Source of the DNA: Candidatus Falkowbacteria bacterium
GTDB lineage: Bacteria > Patescibacteriota > Patescibacteriia > XYB2-FULL-38-15
DNA length: 64,000 bases
Assembly: GCA_016214745.1 (NCBI GenBank)
Contig: JACRNW010000006.1
Location: 13,367 to 77,366 of the forward strand
Reading direction: 5' to 3'
Position numbers and translations under genes: made by a program. The notes under the pieces are model-generated. The model made no database searches and was not told the origin of the DNA. It was given only the letters and a program-made list of their open reading frames with translations. Shown in pieces: positions 37,194 through 47,237 of the stretch. The first letter of the stretch is position 1; each line of letters starts with the position of its first letter.

Positions 37194-38756
37194 ATGGCTA
37201 AAAATCATAAAAAACCGACAGTTCTCATCATCTTGGACGGTTGGGGCGTTGCGCCGCCGGGGCCGGGTAATGCCATTACTTTAGCTAAAACGCCAACTAT
37301 GTCCGCGCTTTGGAATGAATTTCCTCATACTTTGCTTTCCGCGCACGGCCGAGCCGTTGGTTTGCCGGGAGATCAGGAAGGAAATTCCGAGGCGGGCCAC
37401 ATGAATTTGTCAGCCGGATGGATTGTTAAGCAAGATGCCGTTTATATAAATGAGGGCATTAAAGATGGAACGTTTTTTAAAAACACGGCTTTTCTTGAAG
37501 CCCTGGAGCACTTAAAAAAATATAATTCAAAAGTTCACCTGATGGGTCTGCTTTCAAACGGCGAGAGCGCTCATTCCTTTCCCGACCATCTTTACGCCGT
37601 GCTGGATCTCCTGCATAAACACGAAGTAAATAAAATTTTTTTGCATTTATTTACTGATGGCAGAGACTCTTCCCGTTTTGCCGCGATTAAATTATTGCCG
37701 AAATTAAAAACCCATTTTCATAATGATGAAAAAATAGCGACTATTATGGGGCGGTTCTACGCCATGGATCGCATAAAAAAATGGTCAAGAATTGAAGCGG
37801 CTTACAACGCGATGACCATGGGCCATGGAGCGGCGGCCGAATCCGCCGAAGCAGCAATTTCTTCCGCTTACAATCGCGGTGAAACAGATGAATTTATTAT
37901 GCCGACCGTGATTGTTAATGACCACAAGCCATTAGCGACGATTGATGATAATGATGTGATAATTTTTTTCAATTTGCGATCTGACCGGGCTAGAGAAATT
38001 ACCAAGACATTTGTGCAAGAAGATTTCACGGAAAAAAATCCAGGTTCGTTTAAAAGAAAAAAAATTGCTAAAAATATCAGGTTCGTGGCCTTGACTGATT
38101 TCGGCCCGGATTTGCCGCACATTTTAACCGCTTATCCTTCCCGTGAAATTTTCTCCGCTCTGCCGGCGGTTTTTCGCGATAAAAAACAAATTTATATCGC
38201 CGAGGCGGAAAAATACGCCCACGTTACGTATTTTTTTAACGGAGGCAACGCTGACCCGCTTTACGGAGAAGAAAGAGTGAGAATTCCATCGCCGTCGGTG
38301 GCGCACTACGAAGAAAAGCCGGAAATGAGTGCGGAAAAAGTTACCGCAGAAGTTAGGCGCTGCATTGACGGCGGGCAATATGATTTTATTGCCGTCAATT
38401 TTTGTAATCCCGATATGATTGGTCATACGGGAGATTTGTCGGCTGGAATTAAAGCAGTAGAAGCGGTTGACGCATGTATCGGGAAAATTGTTAGAGGAGT
38501 ATTTAGGATGGATGGAACGGCGATCGTGACGGCTGATCATGGAAATATTGAGGAAATGATAAATGAAAAAAGCGGAGAAATTGACACTGAACATTCAATA
38601 AATCCGGTGCCGCTCATTATTATCGGACCGCGGTTTAAAAATTTAAAACGGAAAAAATTGCGAGGGGGAGTGCTCGCCGATGTGGCTCCGACCATTCTTG
38701 ATGTGATGGGAATCACGACACCGAGGGAAATGACGAGAAAAAGCCTACTTTCATAA
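37194..38756 (+). CDS. gpmI: 2,3-bisphosphoglycerate-independent phosphoglycerate mutase (paralog 1)
   Basis: ILDGWGVAP and the catalytic-Ser region NSEAGHMNL, with C-terminal metal-binding motifs. Confidence 0.85.
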   Translation: MAKNHKKPTVLIILDGWGVAPPGPGNAITLAKTPTMSALWNEFPHTLLSAHGRAVGLPGDQEGNSEAGHMNLSAGWIVKQDAVYINEGIKDGTFFKNTAFLEALEHLKKYNSKVHLMGLLSNGESAHSFPDHLYAVLDLLHKHEVNKIFLHLFTDGRDSSRFAAIKLLPKLKTHFHNDEKIATIMGRFYAMDRIKKWSRIEAAYNAMTMGHGAAAESAEAAISSAYNRGETDEFIMPTVIVNDHKPLATIDDNDVIIFFNLRSDRAREITKTFVQEDFTEKNPGSFKRKKIAKNIRFVALTDFGPDLPHILTAYPSREIFSALPAVFRDKKQIYIAEAEKYAHVTYFFNGGNADPLYGEERVRIPSPSVAHYEEKPEMSAEKVTAEVRRCIDGGQYDFIAVNFCNPDMIGHTGDLSAGIKAVEAVDACIGKIVRGVFRMDGTAIVTADHGNIEEMINEKSGEIDTEHSINPVPLIIIGPRFKNLKRKKLRGGVLADVAPTILDVMGITTPREMTRKSLLS

Positions 38757-38775
38757 ATTAATTTAATATTGTATT

Positions 38776-40350
38776 ATGCGTCCAAAACCAGTGGCTCTTG
38801 TTATCTTAGACGGATGGGGGATTGCTCCAAAGGGGAAGGGGAATGCTATTGCTGGCGCCAATACGCCGAATTTTAATAAATTGGTCGCCGCATATCCGGC
38901 GATGACCCTCAGAGCTTCCGGAGACGAGGTTGGACTTTCTTGGGGTGAAATGGGAACCTCGGAAGTTGGTCATTTAAACCTCGGTACGGGGCGAATTTTT
39001 TATCAGACACTTCCCAGAATTAACAAAGCCATTGGAGATGGTTCATTTTTTCGCAACAAAATTTTGCGGGAAGCGGCGGAGCGCGTCAAAAAACATAAAT
39101 CAAATCTTCATTTGATGGGCCTTACAAGCGTCGGGCGCGTGCATACCACGATTGAACACCTCTACGCTCTTCTAAAATTTGCCAAGGAACAAAAAATAAA
39201 AAATGTTTTTATTCACGTTTTTTTAGATGGCCGAGATACGATTTATAATAGCGGCATTGATTTTGTAAAAAAACTTCAGGAAAAAATTAAAGAGTACGGC
39301 GTCGGGCATATCGCCACGCTCTCCGGGCGTTTTTACGCCATGGATCGCGACAACCGTTGGGACAGAACGGAAAAAGCTTACAGGGCTATCGCTGAAGGAA
39401 AAAGTGATGAATATTTTTCCGATCCGGTGAAGGCGATAGAATCTTCATATAAAAATAAAGTTTATGATGAAGAGTTTGTCCCGGTTGTAATTTTGGAAAA
39501 GAAAAAGCCTGTTGCCACATTCGGAGAAAATGACGCCGTGATTTTTTTCAACTATCGCGCCGATCGGGCAAGACAGATGACTAAAGCCTTTATCACGGAA
39601 AATTTTTATAAATTTGAAAGAACACAATTTTTTCCGAAATTATTTTTTGCCACGATGACAGAGTATGAAAAAGATTTACCGGTTAAAATTATTTTTCCGC
39701 CGGAAGAAATAAAAATTTGTTTGGCGAAAGTTTTAAGCGAAGCCGGATTAAAACAGCTCCATATCGCGGAAACGGAAAAGTACGCTCATGTTACGTTCTT
39801 TTTTAACGGTATGAAAGAAGAAGAATTTCCCGGAGAGGACCGGATTATTGTTCCTTCGCCGCACGTTGCTTCCTACGACCAGAAACCGGAGATGTCCGCC
39901 AAAATTATCACCGAAAAGATAATTAAAGAAATTATGTCGCAAAAATATGATTTTATGGTGGTCAATTTCGCGAATGCCGATATGGTTGGGCACACGGGAA
40001 AATACGAGCCGACCGTCCGGGCCGCTGAAATGGTTGATAAATGCCTGGGCCAGATAGCTGATGTAATTTTGCCCATGGGCGGAGTTTTGGCGATTACCGC
40101 CGATCACGGTAATGCCGAAGAAGTTTTTAATCTGCAAACGGGCGAAATTGATAAAGAACACAGCACAAATCCCGTGCCGCTTATTTTAGCCGGCAAAGAT
40201 TTGAAAAATAATATGGCAGAATCCCAGGCGGCTGGAACTGACCTTAGTTTAATGCCGCCGGTTGGAGTTTTGGCTGATGTCGCGCCAACAATTTTAAAAA
40301 TTATGGAAATAAAACAACCGGGAGAGATGACGGGCACGGCATTGATTTGA
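38776..40350 (+). CDS. gpmI: 2,3-bisphosphoglycerate-independent phosphoglycerate mutase (paralog 2, about 45% identical to paralog 1 over the N-terminus)
   Basis: ILDGWGIAP and TSEVGHLNL. A tandem paralog. Confidence 0.85.
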   Translation: MRPKPVALVILDGWGIAPKGKGNAIAGANTPNFNKLVAAYPAMTLRASGDEVGLSWGEMGTSEVGHLNLGTGRIFYQTLPRINKAIGDGSFFRNKILREAAERVKKHKSNLHLMGLTSVGRVHTTIEHLYALLKFAKEQKIKNVFIHVFLDGRDTIYNSGIDFVKKLQEKIKEYGVGHIATLSGRFYAMDRDNRWDRTEKAYRAIAEGKSDEYFSDPVKAIESSYKNKVYDEEFVPVVILEKKKPVATFGENDAVIFFNYRADRARQMTKAFITENFYKFERTQFFPKLFFATMTEYEKDLPVKIIFPPEEIKICLAKVLSEAGLKQLHIAETEKYAHVTFFFNGMKEEEFPGEDRIIVPSPHVASYDQKPEMSAKIITEKIIKEIMSQKYDFMVVNFANADMVGHTGKYEPTVRAAEMVDKCLGQIADVILPMGGVLAITADHGNAEEVFNLQTGEIDKEHSTNPVPLILAGKDLKNNMAESQAAGTDLSLMPPVGVLADVAPTILKIMEIKQPGEMTGTALI

Positions 40351-40367
40351 ATCAAAAATTAAAAAAT

Positions 40368-42995
40368 ATGGATTGGCACGCGGAAGAAATTCATAAAATT
40401 TTTTTAGAACTTAAAACCACTGAAAGTGGTTTAAGTTTTGATGAGGCAAAAAAAAGACTTTTAAAATACGGTGAAAATAAATTGCCCGAAGAAAAGAGAC
40501 TGGCAAAATTAAAAATTTTCTTAAACCAATTTAAAAGTCCGTTGATTTATATTTTGCTTATAGCCGCCGCGATTACCTTTTTTTCCAAAAATTTTGTTGA
40601 TACGGGGGTGATTCTTGCGACGGTTTTTTTAAATACGATTGTTGGTTTTTTTGAAGAGAATAAAGCGGAACGCGCGATTGAGCAACTGAGGAAAGTTTTG
40701 GAATATAGAGCTACGGTTTTAAGGGGCGGGCAAGAGCATAAAATTAAAGCCGAAGAATTGGTTCCCGGGGATATAATTTTGGTTGAAGCCGGGGATAAGA
40801 TTATGGCTGACGCGCGCCTCCTGGACGCAAAAAATTTACAGGTTGTTGAAGCTGCGCTGACGGGAGAATCCAGCCCTTCCCGCAAAAATACTGACCTCTT
40901 GGATAAAGGCATTCCCTTGGCTGATCGAGAAAATATGTTGTATATGGGTACGACCATTGCCCGTGGTCGCGGCTTGGCAGTAGTGGTAGAAACGGGTCTT
41001 AATACGGAATTAGGTAAAATAGCGAAAGCATTAAGTGAAATTTCCGAGGAAAAAACTCCGCTGCAAAAACAGATGATTAATTTCGGCAAATGGTTGGCGA
41101 TTGTTTTTTTAATTGTTTCGCTGGTTCTTTTTTTGATTGGAATTTTTCAGGGCAGGCCCATTTTTGAAATGTTTTTAATAGTTGTTGCCGTAGCTGTTGC
41201 TTCGGTTCCCGAGGGGTTGGTTATTTCTCTGACAGTGATTTTAGCTGTTGGAATGCAGAGAATTTTAAAAGAGCAGGCATTGGTAAGAAAATTAATTGCC
41301 GCGGAAACCTTGGGGAGCGTATCAATTATTTGTTCGGATAAAACCGGAACGCTTACTCTCGGGAAAATGTTGGTAGATCATATTTTTACCGAAACCGGCA
41401 GTGAAAAAACAAAAGTCAAAGTTTTAGAAATCGGATTGCTCTGCAACAACGCAATTATTGAAAATCCGGAAAACGATCTTAAGGATTGGGTAATTTCGGG
41501 TGACCCGGTAGATCAGGCGTTATTTTTAGCCGCTGTCCAAATAGATTTGAGTAAAGCTGATTTAGAAAAAACCAAACCTCGGATAGATGAAATTCCTTTT
41601 GATGAAGAACGAAAGTACATGGCGACATTGCATAAAATCAGAAGTCAAAAATTTGAAACGAAAAATTTAATTTATGTCAAAGGAGCGCCAGAAAAAATTT
41701 TGGAAATATCGGGTAGTTTAGAATCGGATGGAAAAGTGGAAAAATTTACCCCCGCATTAAAGAAAAAATTCTATAAAGAAATAGATGATTTGGCGAAGAG
41801 AGGTTTGAAATTGTTGGCGGTTGGCTGGAAAGAGGCTCCGGGGGTAGAAAAATTAAACGATAATGGTTTGGAAAATTTGGTTTTGACTGGTTTGGTTGCT
41901 TTTAAGGATCCTCTCCGACCGGAAGCCCCGAGAGCCATACAGTTATGCCGGGAGGCGGGGATTAGGCCGATTTTAGTGACTGGCGATCATAAACTAACGG
42001 CCCAAACAATCGCCCGAGAAGTTGGTCTTATGGCAGAAGAAAAAAATATTTTGGAAGGAGCAGAGCTGGATAAAATCGGCGATGAAGAATTCGCAAAAAT
42101 TTTAAAAAATATTGACATTTACGCGAGAGTTGAACCGCGCCATAAATTAAGGATTATTGAGGCATGGCAAAAAAAAGGAGAAGTTGTGGCCATGACCGGC
42201 GACGGAGTTAATGATGCGCCAGCTCTGAAAAAGGCGGATGTCGGCGTTGCTCTCGGTTCGGGAACGGATGTGGCAAAGGAAGTTTCCGATATAGTTCTTT
42301 TGGACAATAATTTTAATGGTATTGTGAAGGCCGTAGAGCAAGGAAGGTCTATTTTTGAAAGTGTCAGAAAGATGCTTGTTTATTTTCTTTCAGATGGGTT
42401 TTGCGAAGTGATTCTTGTCGGAGGAAGTTTACTTTTAGGTTTTCCTTTGCCGGTTTTGGCCGCCCAGATTCTTTGGGTTAATTTAATTGAACATAGTATG
42501 CCGGCCATGACACTTGCTTTTGAGCCGGCAGAAAAAGAATTGATGCTTGAAAAACCGAGGAAAAAGCATGGACCGATTTTGGATCCGGAAATGCAAGTAA
42601 TTATTTTGTGTGCGGGAATTTTGACCGATCTTTTGCTTTTTGGCTTGTTCTATTTTCTCTGGAAAACAACAAATGATTTAGCTTATGCGAGGACCATGAC
42701 TTTTGCCGGCCTGGCGGTTGATTCACTTTTTTATATCTGGAGCTGCAAGAGTTTGCGATTTTCCATTTGGCAGAAAAATCCTTTTAAAAATAAATTTTTT
42801 AACATAAGCATAGTTTTAAGTTTTGCGATGTTACTTGTAGCCCTGTATCTGCCGTTTTTACAGAAGATTTTAAGAGTGACTAAGCTGGGATTGGGCGACT
42901 GGACGATATTGCTCGGGCTTGGTATTTTAAATATAATATTAATAGAGACGGTTAAATACTTTTTTATTTCCAGGAGAAGAATAATAACTGATTAA
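40368..42995 (+). CDS. P-type cation-transporting ATPase (type II-like)
   Basis: DKTGTLT phosphorylation motif and TGDGVNDAPALKKADVG hinge. Start placed at ATG 40368 (the track uses TTG at 40347). Confidence 0.85.
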   Translation: MDWHAEEIHKIFLELKTTESGLSFDEAKKRLLKYGENKLPEEKRLAKLKIFLNQFKSPLIYILLIAAAITFFSKNFVDTGVILATVFLNTIVGFFEENKAERAIEQLRKVLEYRATVLRGGQEHKIKAEELVPGDIILVEAGDKIMADARLLDAKNLQVVEAALTGESSPSRKNTDLLDKGIPLADRENMLYMGTTIARGRGLAVVVETGLNTELGKIAKALSEISEEKTPLQKQMINFGKWLAIVFLIVSLVLFLIGIFQGRPIFEMFLIVVAVAVASVPEGLVISLTVILAVGMQRILKEQALVRKLIAAETLGSVSIICSDKTGTLTLGKMLVDHIFTETGSEKTKVKVLEIGLLCNNAIIENPENDLKDWVISGDPVDQALFLAAVQIDLSKADLEKTKPRIDEIPFDEERKYMATLHKIRSQKFETKNLIYVKGAPEKILEISGSLESDGKVEKFTPALKKKFYKEIDDLAKRGLKLLAVGWKEAPGVEKLNDNGLENLVLTGLVAFKDPLRPEAPRAIQLCREAGIRPILVTGDHKLTAQTIAREVGLMAEEKNILEGAELDKIGDEEFAKILKNIDIYARVEPRHKLRIIEAWQKKGEVVAMTGDGVNDAPALKKADVGVALGSGTDVAKEVSDIVLLDNNFNGIVKAVEQGRSIFESVRKMLVYFLSDGFCEVILVGGSLLLGFPLPVLAAQILWVNLIEHSMPAMTLAFEPAEKELMLEKPRKKHGPILDPEMQVIILCAGILTDLLLFGLFYFLWKTTNDLAYARTMTFAGLAVDSLFYIWSCKSLRFSIWQKNPFKNKFFNISIVLSFAMLLVALYLPFLQKILRVTKLGLGDWTILLGLGILNIILIETVKYFFISRRRIITD

Positions 42996-43001
42996 TTTTA
43001 T

Positions 43002-43820
43002 ATGCCGGAATTACCAGAAGTGGAAACAATCAGACGGCAATTACTCGCGAGGATAAGGGGGAGAAAGATTAAATCAGTTGAAGTTAAACTGGCGAGAATG
43101 GTTAACGTTCCGGCCGCGGAATTTGAAAAAACGGTGGCCAACGCGAGCGTAAAAAATATCCGCCGGCGGGCGAAGATTTTAATTTTTGATCTTTCAAACG
43201 GCTGGAGTATCGCCGTTCATCTAAAAATGACCGGGCAGTTGATTTATGACGGTAAGGAAGGAATCGGCAAGTCGCACATTATTTATACTTTTTCCGACGG
43301 TCACAAGTTAAAGCATTATGATTTTCGCCTTTTTGGATATGCAAAGTTAATAAAAACCGATGAGATGGAAAAACTTTTGGCTAAAGAAAATTTTGGCCCC
43401 GAGATTTTGGACGGAAATTTTTCCTTGGTGATATTTAAAAATTTGTTGGCAAAGAAACCAAGGGCAAAAATTAAGCCGCTTTTAATGGATCAGAAGTTTA
43501 TTGCCGGTGTGGGAAATATTTACGCGCAAGAGGCATGTTTCTGCGCCAGAATTTCGCCGAAAAGAATTGTCGGCACCCTGGCCGCAGAGGAAATTAAAAA
43601 TCTTTATCAGTGTCTTCAAAAAATTCTCGCCGCCGCCCTCGCGCGAGGCGGTTCATCGGTTGACGCTTACGTCAACGCGCTGGGAGAAAAGGGCGGCTAT
43701 GTACCATTTTTAAAAGTTTATGGGCGGGAAGGCAAGCCGTGTATTGGCTGCCGCGGAAAAGTTAAAACAATTAAATTAGCCGGGCGAGGAACAAGTTTTT
43801 GCCCCAGCTGCCAGCGATAG
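43002..43820 (+). CDS. mutM: formamidopyrimidine-DNA glycosylase
   Basis: MPELPEVE N-terminus and the C-terminal zinc finger CxxC...CPSCQR. Confidence 0.8.
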   Translation: MPELPEVETIRRQLLARIRGRKIKSVEVKLARMVNVPAAEFEKTVANASVKNIRRRAKILIFDLSNGWSIAVHLKMTGQLIYDGKEGIGKSHIIYTFSDGHKLKHYDFRLFGYAKLIKTDEMEKLLAKENFGPEILDGNFSLVIFKNLLAKKPRAKIKPLLMDQKFIAGVGNIYAQEACFCARISPKRIVGTLAAEEIKNLYQCLQKILAAALARGGSSVDAYVNALGEKGGYVPFLKVYGREGKPCIGCRGKVKTIKLAGRGTSFCPSCQR

Positions 43821-43860
43821 TTATTAAGTTCATAAGTTTTTAAGTTTATAAATTTTTAAA

Positions 43861-44382
43861 ATGGATTTTTATTTTTTCCAACTCATTAATAATTTAGCTG
43901 GCCGATGGCAGCCGCTTGATTGGTTCGGTGTTTTTTGCGCGGAATACTTAATTTTCATTATGGCCTTTGCGATTATTGTTTGGACGATTTTTAATAAAAA
44001 TAATCAGCGCGCGGACGCGGTCATAATTTTAGAAATTATTTTAGCGTCTTTCTTGAGTTATCTTGTAAAAATTTTGGTTAATTTAATTTATTTCAGGTTG
44101 CGACCGTTTGTCGCTCACGACGTAAATTTGTTGATAGGAAAAATATCCGACGGTTCTTTTCCGTCGGCGCACACGTTTTTATCTTTTGTTATGGCTTTTG
44201 GAATTTATTATTACAATAAAAAATTAGGAATCGTTTTATTAATTTTGGCGGCGTTTGTCGGTATTTCCAGAATTTATGTCGGAGTGCATTATCCGTCAGA
44301 TGTTTTGGGCGGAATAATTTTAGCATGGCTTTCAGTATACTTAGTAAATAAGGTTAATTGGAAAAAATTATTAAAAATATAA
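43861..44382 (+). CDS. PAP2-family phosphatase
   Basis: SFPSAHT and GVHYPSDVLGG motifs. Confidence 0.65.
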   Translation: MDFYFFQLINNLAGRWQPLDWFGVFCAEYLIFIMAFAIIVWTIFNKNNQRADAVIILEIILASFLSYLVKILVNLIYFRLRPFVAHDVNLLIGKISDGSFPSAHTFLSFVMAFGIYYYNKKLGIVLLILAAFVGISRIYVGVHYPSDVLGGIILAWLSVYLVNKVNWKKLLKI

Positions 44383-44397
44383 CTTGAATAGTTATTT

Positions 44398-45459
44398 ATG
44401 AAAATTGTAATTCGCGCCGGCGGGTCAGGAACCAGGCTTTGGCCGGCCAGCCGCGAAAACAATCCAAAACAATTTCAGGCGTTGATTGGTAAAAAGACTT
44501 TTGTTCGCGACACCGTCGATCGCGTGAAGCCGCTTCTTAAAAATAACGGCGATCTTTTTATTTCAGTGAATCAAAAAATGGCCGGAAGATTAAAAAAAGA
44601 AATTTCGGAATTGCCGGTTAAAAATATAATTTTGGAGCCGACGGGGCGAAACACCGGGCCGGCGATGTGTCTTGAAAGTTGTTTTTTGGCTCGCCGTTTT
44701 GGAGAAGACGCGATTGTCGCGAGTTTGCCTTCCGATGATTATATTTCCGATGCAGTTTCTTTTCGCGCCATGCTCCGGGAGGCGGAAAAATTTTTGGAAA
44801 AAAATTCCGGCTACATTGTCACGCCGGGCGCGAGGCCGACTTACCCGGACGCGGGATACAGTTACATAAAAATTGGAGAGAAATTAGCCGGGGACAAAGA
44901 AACAAAAATTTTTAAAGTCGCGGACTGGGTGGAAAAGCCGGATGTTCATCACTGCAAAAAATTAATCCAGTCGAGAAAATATTTTTATCATACAGGAATG
45001 TATATTTGGGAACTGAAGACTGTTTTGGATTTATTTAGAAAATTTCAGCCGGAGATGTATGAAGTTTGCTCACTCGTTGCCGAAGGCCGTCGGGTCGGCG
45101 ATTACGAAAAATTACCAAAAATTTCGGTTGAGACGGCCATCACGAATAGAGCGCCAAAAATTGCCGTTGCTATTTCGGAAAAATTTGTCTGGAGCGATTT
45201 GGGTAAATGGCAGATCATAGCCGAGATGCTTTCTAAAGATGCGAAAGGCAACGTGACAAAAGGAAAAAATATTTTGATTGATACAAAAAATTCTTTGGTT
45301 TACGGCCCGGAAAATAAGTTGGTCGCCACGATTGGTTTGGACGGGATTGTTATTGTTTTAACGGAAGACGCGCTGTTAGTTTGTCCAAAAGATAGGGCTG
45401 GGGAAGTAAAAAAGATTGTGGAGGAGCTGGGCGAGAGAGGATTAAAAAAATATTTATAA
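44398..45459 (+). CDS. mannose-1-phosphate guanylyltransferase-like nucleotidyltransferase
   Basis: N-terminal IRAGGSGTRLWP motif. Confidence 0.65.
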   Translation: MKIVIRAGGSGTRLWPASRENNPKQFQALIGKKTFVRDTVDRVKPLLKNNGDLFISVNQKMAGRLKKEISELPVKNIILEPTGRNTGPAMCLESCFLARRFGEDAIVASLPSDDYISDAVSFRAMLREAEKFLEKNSGYIVTPGARPTYPDAGYSYIKIGEKLAGDKETKIFKVADWVEKPDVHHCKKLIQSRKYFYHTGMYIWELKTVLDLFRKFQPEMYEVCSLVAEGRRVGDYEKLPKISVETAITNRAPKIAVAISEKFVWSDLGKWQIIAEMLSKDAKGNVTKGKNILIDTKNSLVYGPENKLVATIGLDGIVIVLTEDALLVCPKDRAGEVKKIVEELGERGLKKYL

Positions 45460-45472
45460 TTTTTCAATTTTT

Positions 45473-46498
45473 ATGAAAAAAATTATTTTTTTGGGAATAC
45501 TTGTTATTTTAGTCATTACCGGCTGGACTATTTTTGTGCCGCCGTCGGAAGATCCCACGGAGAAAAATTTTGTTATTGGGAAGGGTGAGGGCGTTCATGA
45601 AATAAGCCAGCACTTGAAAGAACAAAATTTTATTAAAAATGAATTTGTTTTTGAAACTTACGTTTGGCTAAAAAAAGTCCAGAGTAAATTTATGGCTGGC
45701 GAACACGCGTTAAGACAGAACATGAGAGTTTGGGAAATTATTTCGGTTCTAACTTCGCCCGGCGAAACAAACGAGCGTGATATAAAAATTCTTGAAGGAT
45801 GGAATAACCGCGAGATCGCGAATTATTTAGACGGCGAGGGAGTGGTTAATAAAGATGTTTTTTTGGAAGCAGTTTTGAGTTATAAATTAGGAAATACAGA
45901 TTATGAATTTTTAGAGGATAAACCCGAAGGAGCTACGCTTGAAGGTTATCTTTTCCCCGACACTTACAAAATTTACAAAAAATTTCCGGCGGAACTTTTA
46001 GACGGCAAAGATGAAGCATCAGCCATGGCCAATCACATTATTAAAAAGATGCTGGAAAATTTCAATCAGAAACTATCAGCCGAAATGAGAGCAGAAATCG
46101 CCAAAAATAAAAAAACAATTTTTGAAATTATCACCATGGCGTCAATCATTGAAAAGGAAGCGCGCGGAGAAGATATGGCCATGGTGGCAGATATTTTTTG
46201 GCGAAGAATTGATGAAGGCATTGCCCTGCAGTCTGACGCCACGGTAAATTACGCGACCGGGAAATACGAAACTCAGCCGAGCTTAGACGATTTAAAAATT
46301 AATTCGCCTTACAATACTTATAAATATCGGGGCCTGCCCGCGGGACCGATCGGGAATCCGGGACTTGAGGCCATCCGGGCGGCGGTTTATCCCAAAGCCA
46401 ACAATTATTGGTATTTTTTACACACCAAAGACGGCCAGACAATTTATAGCCGGACATTTGACGAACACAAGGCAAATAAATTGAAATATTTACAATAA
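45473..46498 (+). CDS. mltG: endolytic murein transglycosylase MltG/YceG family
   Basis: N-terminal TM plus YceG-like conserved C-terminal region (LQSDATVNYA...YNTYKYRGLPAGPIGNPG). Confidence 0.7.
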   Translation: MKKIIFLGILVILVITGWTIFVPPSEDPTEKNFVIGKGEGVHEISQHLKEQNFIKNEFVFETYVWLKKVQSKFMAGEHALRQNMRVWEIISVLTSPGETNERDIKILEGWNNREIANYLDGEGVVNKDVFLEAVLSYKLGNTDYEFLEDKPEGATLEGYLFPDTYKIYKKFPAELLDGKDEASAMANHIIKKMLENFNQKLSAEMRAEIAKNKKTIFEIITMASIIEKEARGEDMAMVADIFWRRIDEGIALQSDATVNYATGKYETQPSLDDLKINSPYNTYKYRGLPAGPIGNPGLEAIRAAVYPKANNYWYFLHTKDGQTIYSRTFDEHKANKLKYLQ

Positions 46499-46619
46499 AA
46501 AAGATAAGCGGCGGTGAAGAGAACAATTTTCATCGGTAATGGGGCGGCCTTGCTAAGTGCCGCCTTTTCTGTTAATTTTCTTCGAAGGGGGCGCCGGGGT
46601 CAATGAAAGGAGGTAAGAA

Positions 46620-46946
46620 ATGGGTGGTCTTTCTCCAAAACAGGTTGGGAAGATTCTGAAGCGGAGATTCCCCGAGATGAATCGTCACACTCGTCAGGCG
46701 ATGGAAATTATCTTCAGCCATCTCGTTAACCGGCTGCCGCTTGTTCATCTTCCGTCAGATCTTGATTATCTGGCGCTTGTGGATCCGTCGCTTACCACAA
46801 GATGCCTCATTTGCCTCGTCTGCGGGGATCTGCGGGCCGGCGGCAATGCCCCGATTTACATTAAGGTGGAACCGATTATGGGGCAGGTAGGAGGAGACGG
46901 GGGCTGGCTTCAGATTGTTTCCCGGGAATGGCGGAGAGGGGGGTAG
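46620..46946 (+). CDS. GC-rich islet protein F (hypothetical)
   Basis: SD aaaggagg before the ATG. GC-rich 108-aa ORF bracketed by terminators at 46538-46568 and 46949-46981. Confidence 0.35.
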   Translation: MGGLSPKQVGKILKRRFPEMNRHTRQAMEIIFSHLVNRLPLVHLPSDLDYLALVDPSLTTRCLICLVCGDLRAGGNAPIYIKVEPIMGQVGGDGGWLQIVSREWRRGG

Positions 46947-46948
46947 TC

Positions 46949-46981
46949 CGGCGAACACATGTTTGCCGGCTTTTTTTACTC
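46949..46981 (+). terminator. Rho-independent terminator
   Basis: ccggcgaacacatgtttgccgg + cttttttt. Confidence 0.6.
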
Positions 46982-47030
46982 ATTTTTAAAAATATGATAA
47001 AATAAATAAACAAAATACCTATCCACAATT

Positions 47031-47213
47031 ATGGCAGAAGAAAAAAAATTATCTACGAGAGAAAAAATTTTGAAGGCAGAAGATGCTTATCAGAAGTTTT
47101 CCGATATTATGGCCAAATTATCGCGTCGCCAGAGAACAGTTTTGGAAAAGGCGATAAAGAAGATAGAAGCGCAACAGATAGAGAAGGTACGCAAAAATTT
47201 AAAACTTATTTAA
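47031..47213 (+). CDS. small lysine-rich hypothetical protein
   Basis: 60-aa ORF with helical, coiled-coil-like composition. Confidence 0.3.
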   Translation: MAEEKKLSTREKILKAEDAYQKFSDIMAKLSRRQRTVLEKAIKKIEAQQIEKVRKNLKLI

Positions 47214-47237
47214 ATTTATTATTTTAAAGTTAAAATT

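Noticed and set aside
40347-40367. TTG start for the P-type ATPase overlapping the gpmI stop
   Set aside because: An in-frame ATG seven codons downstream (MDWHAEEIHKIF) is the more conventional start. The TTG call is probably an ORF-finder extension.
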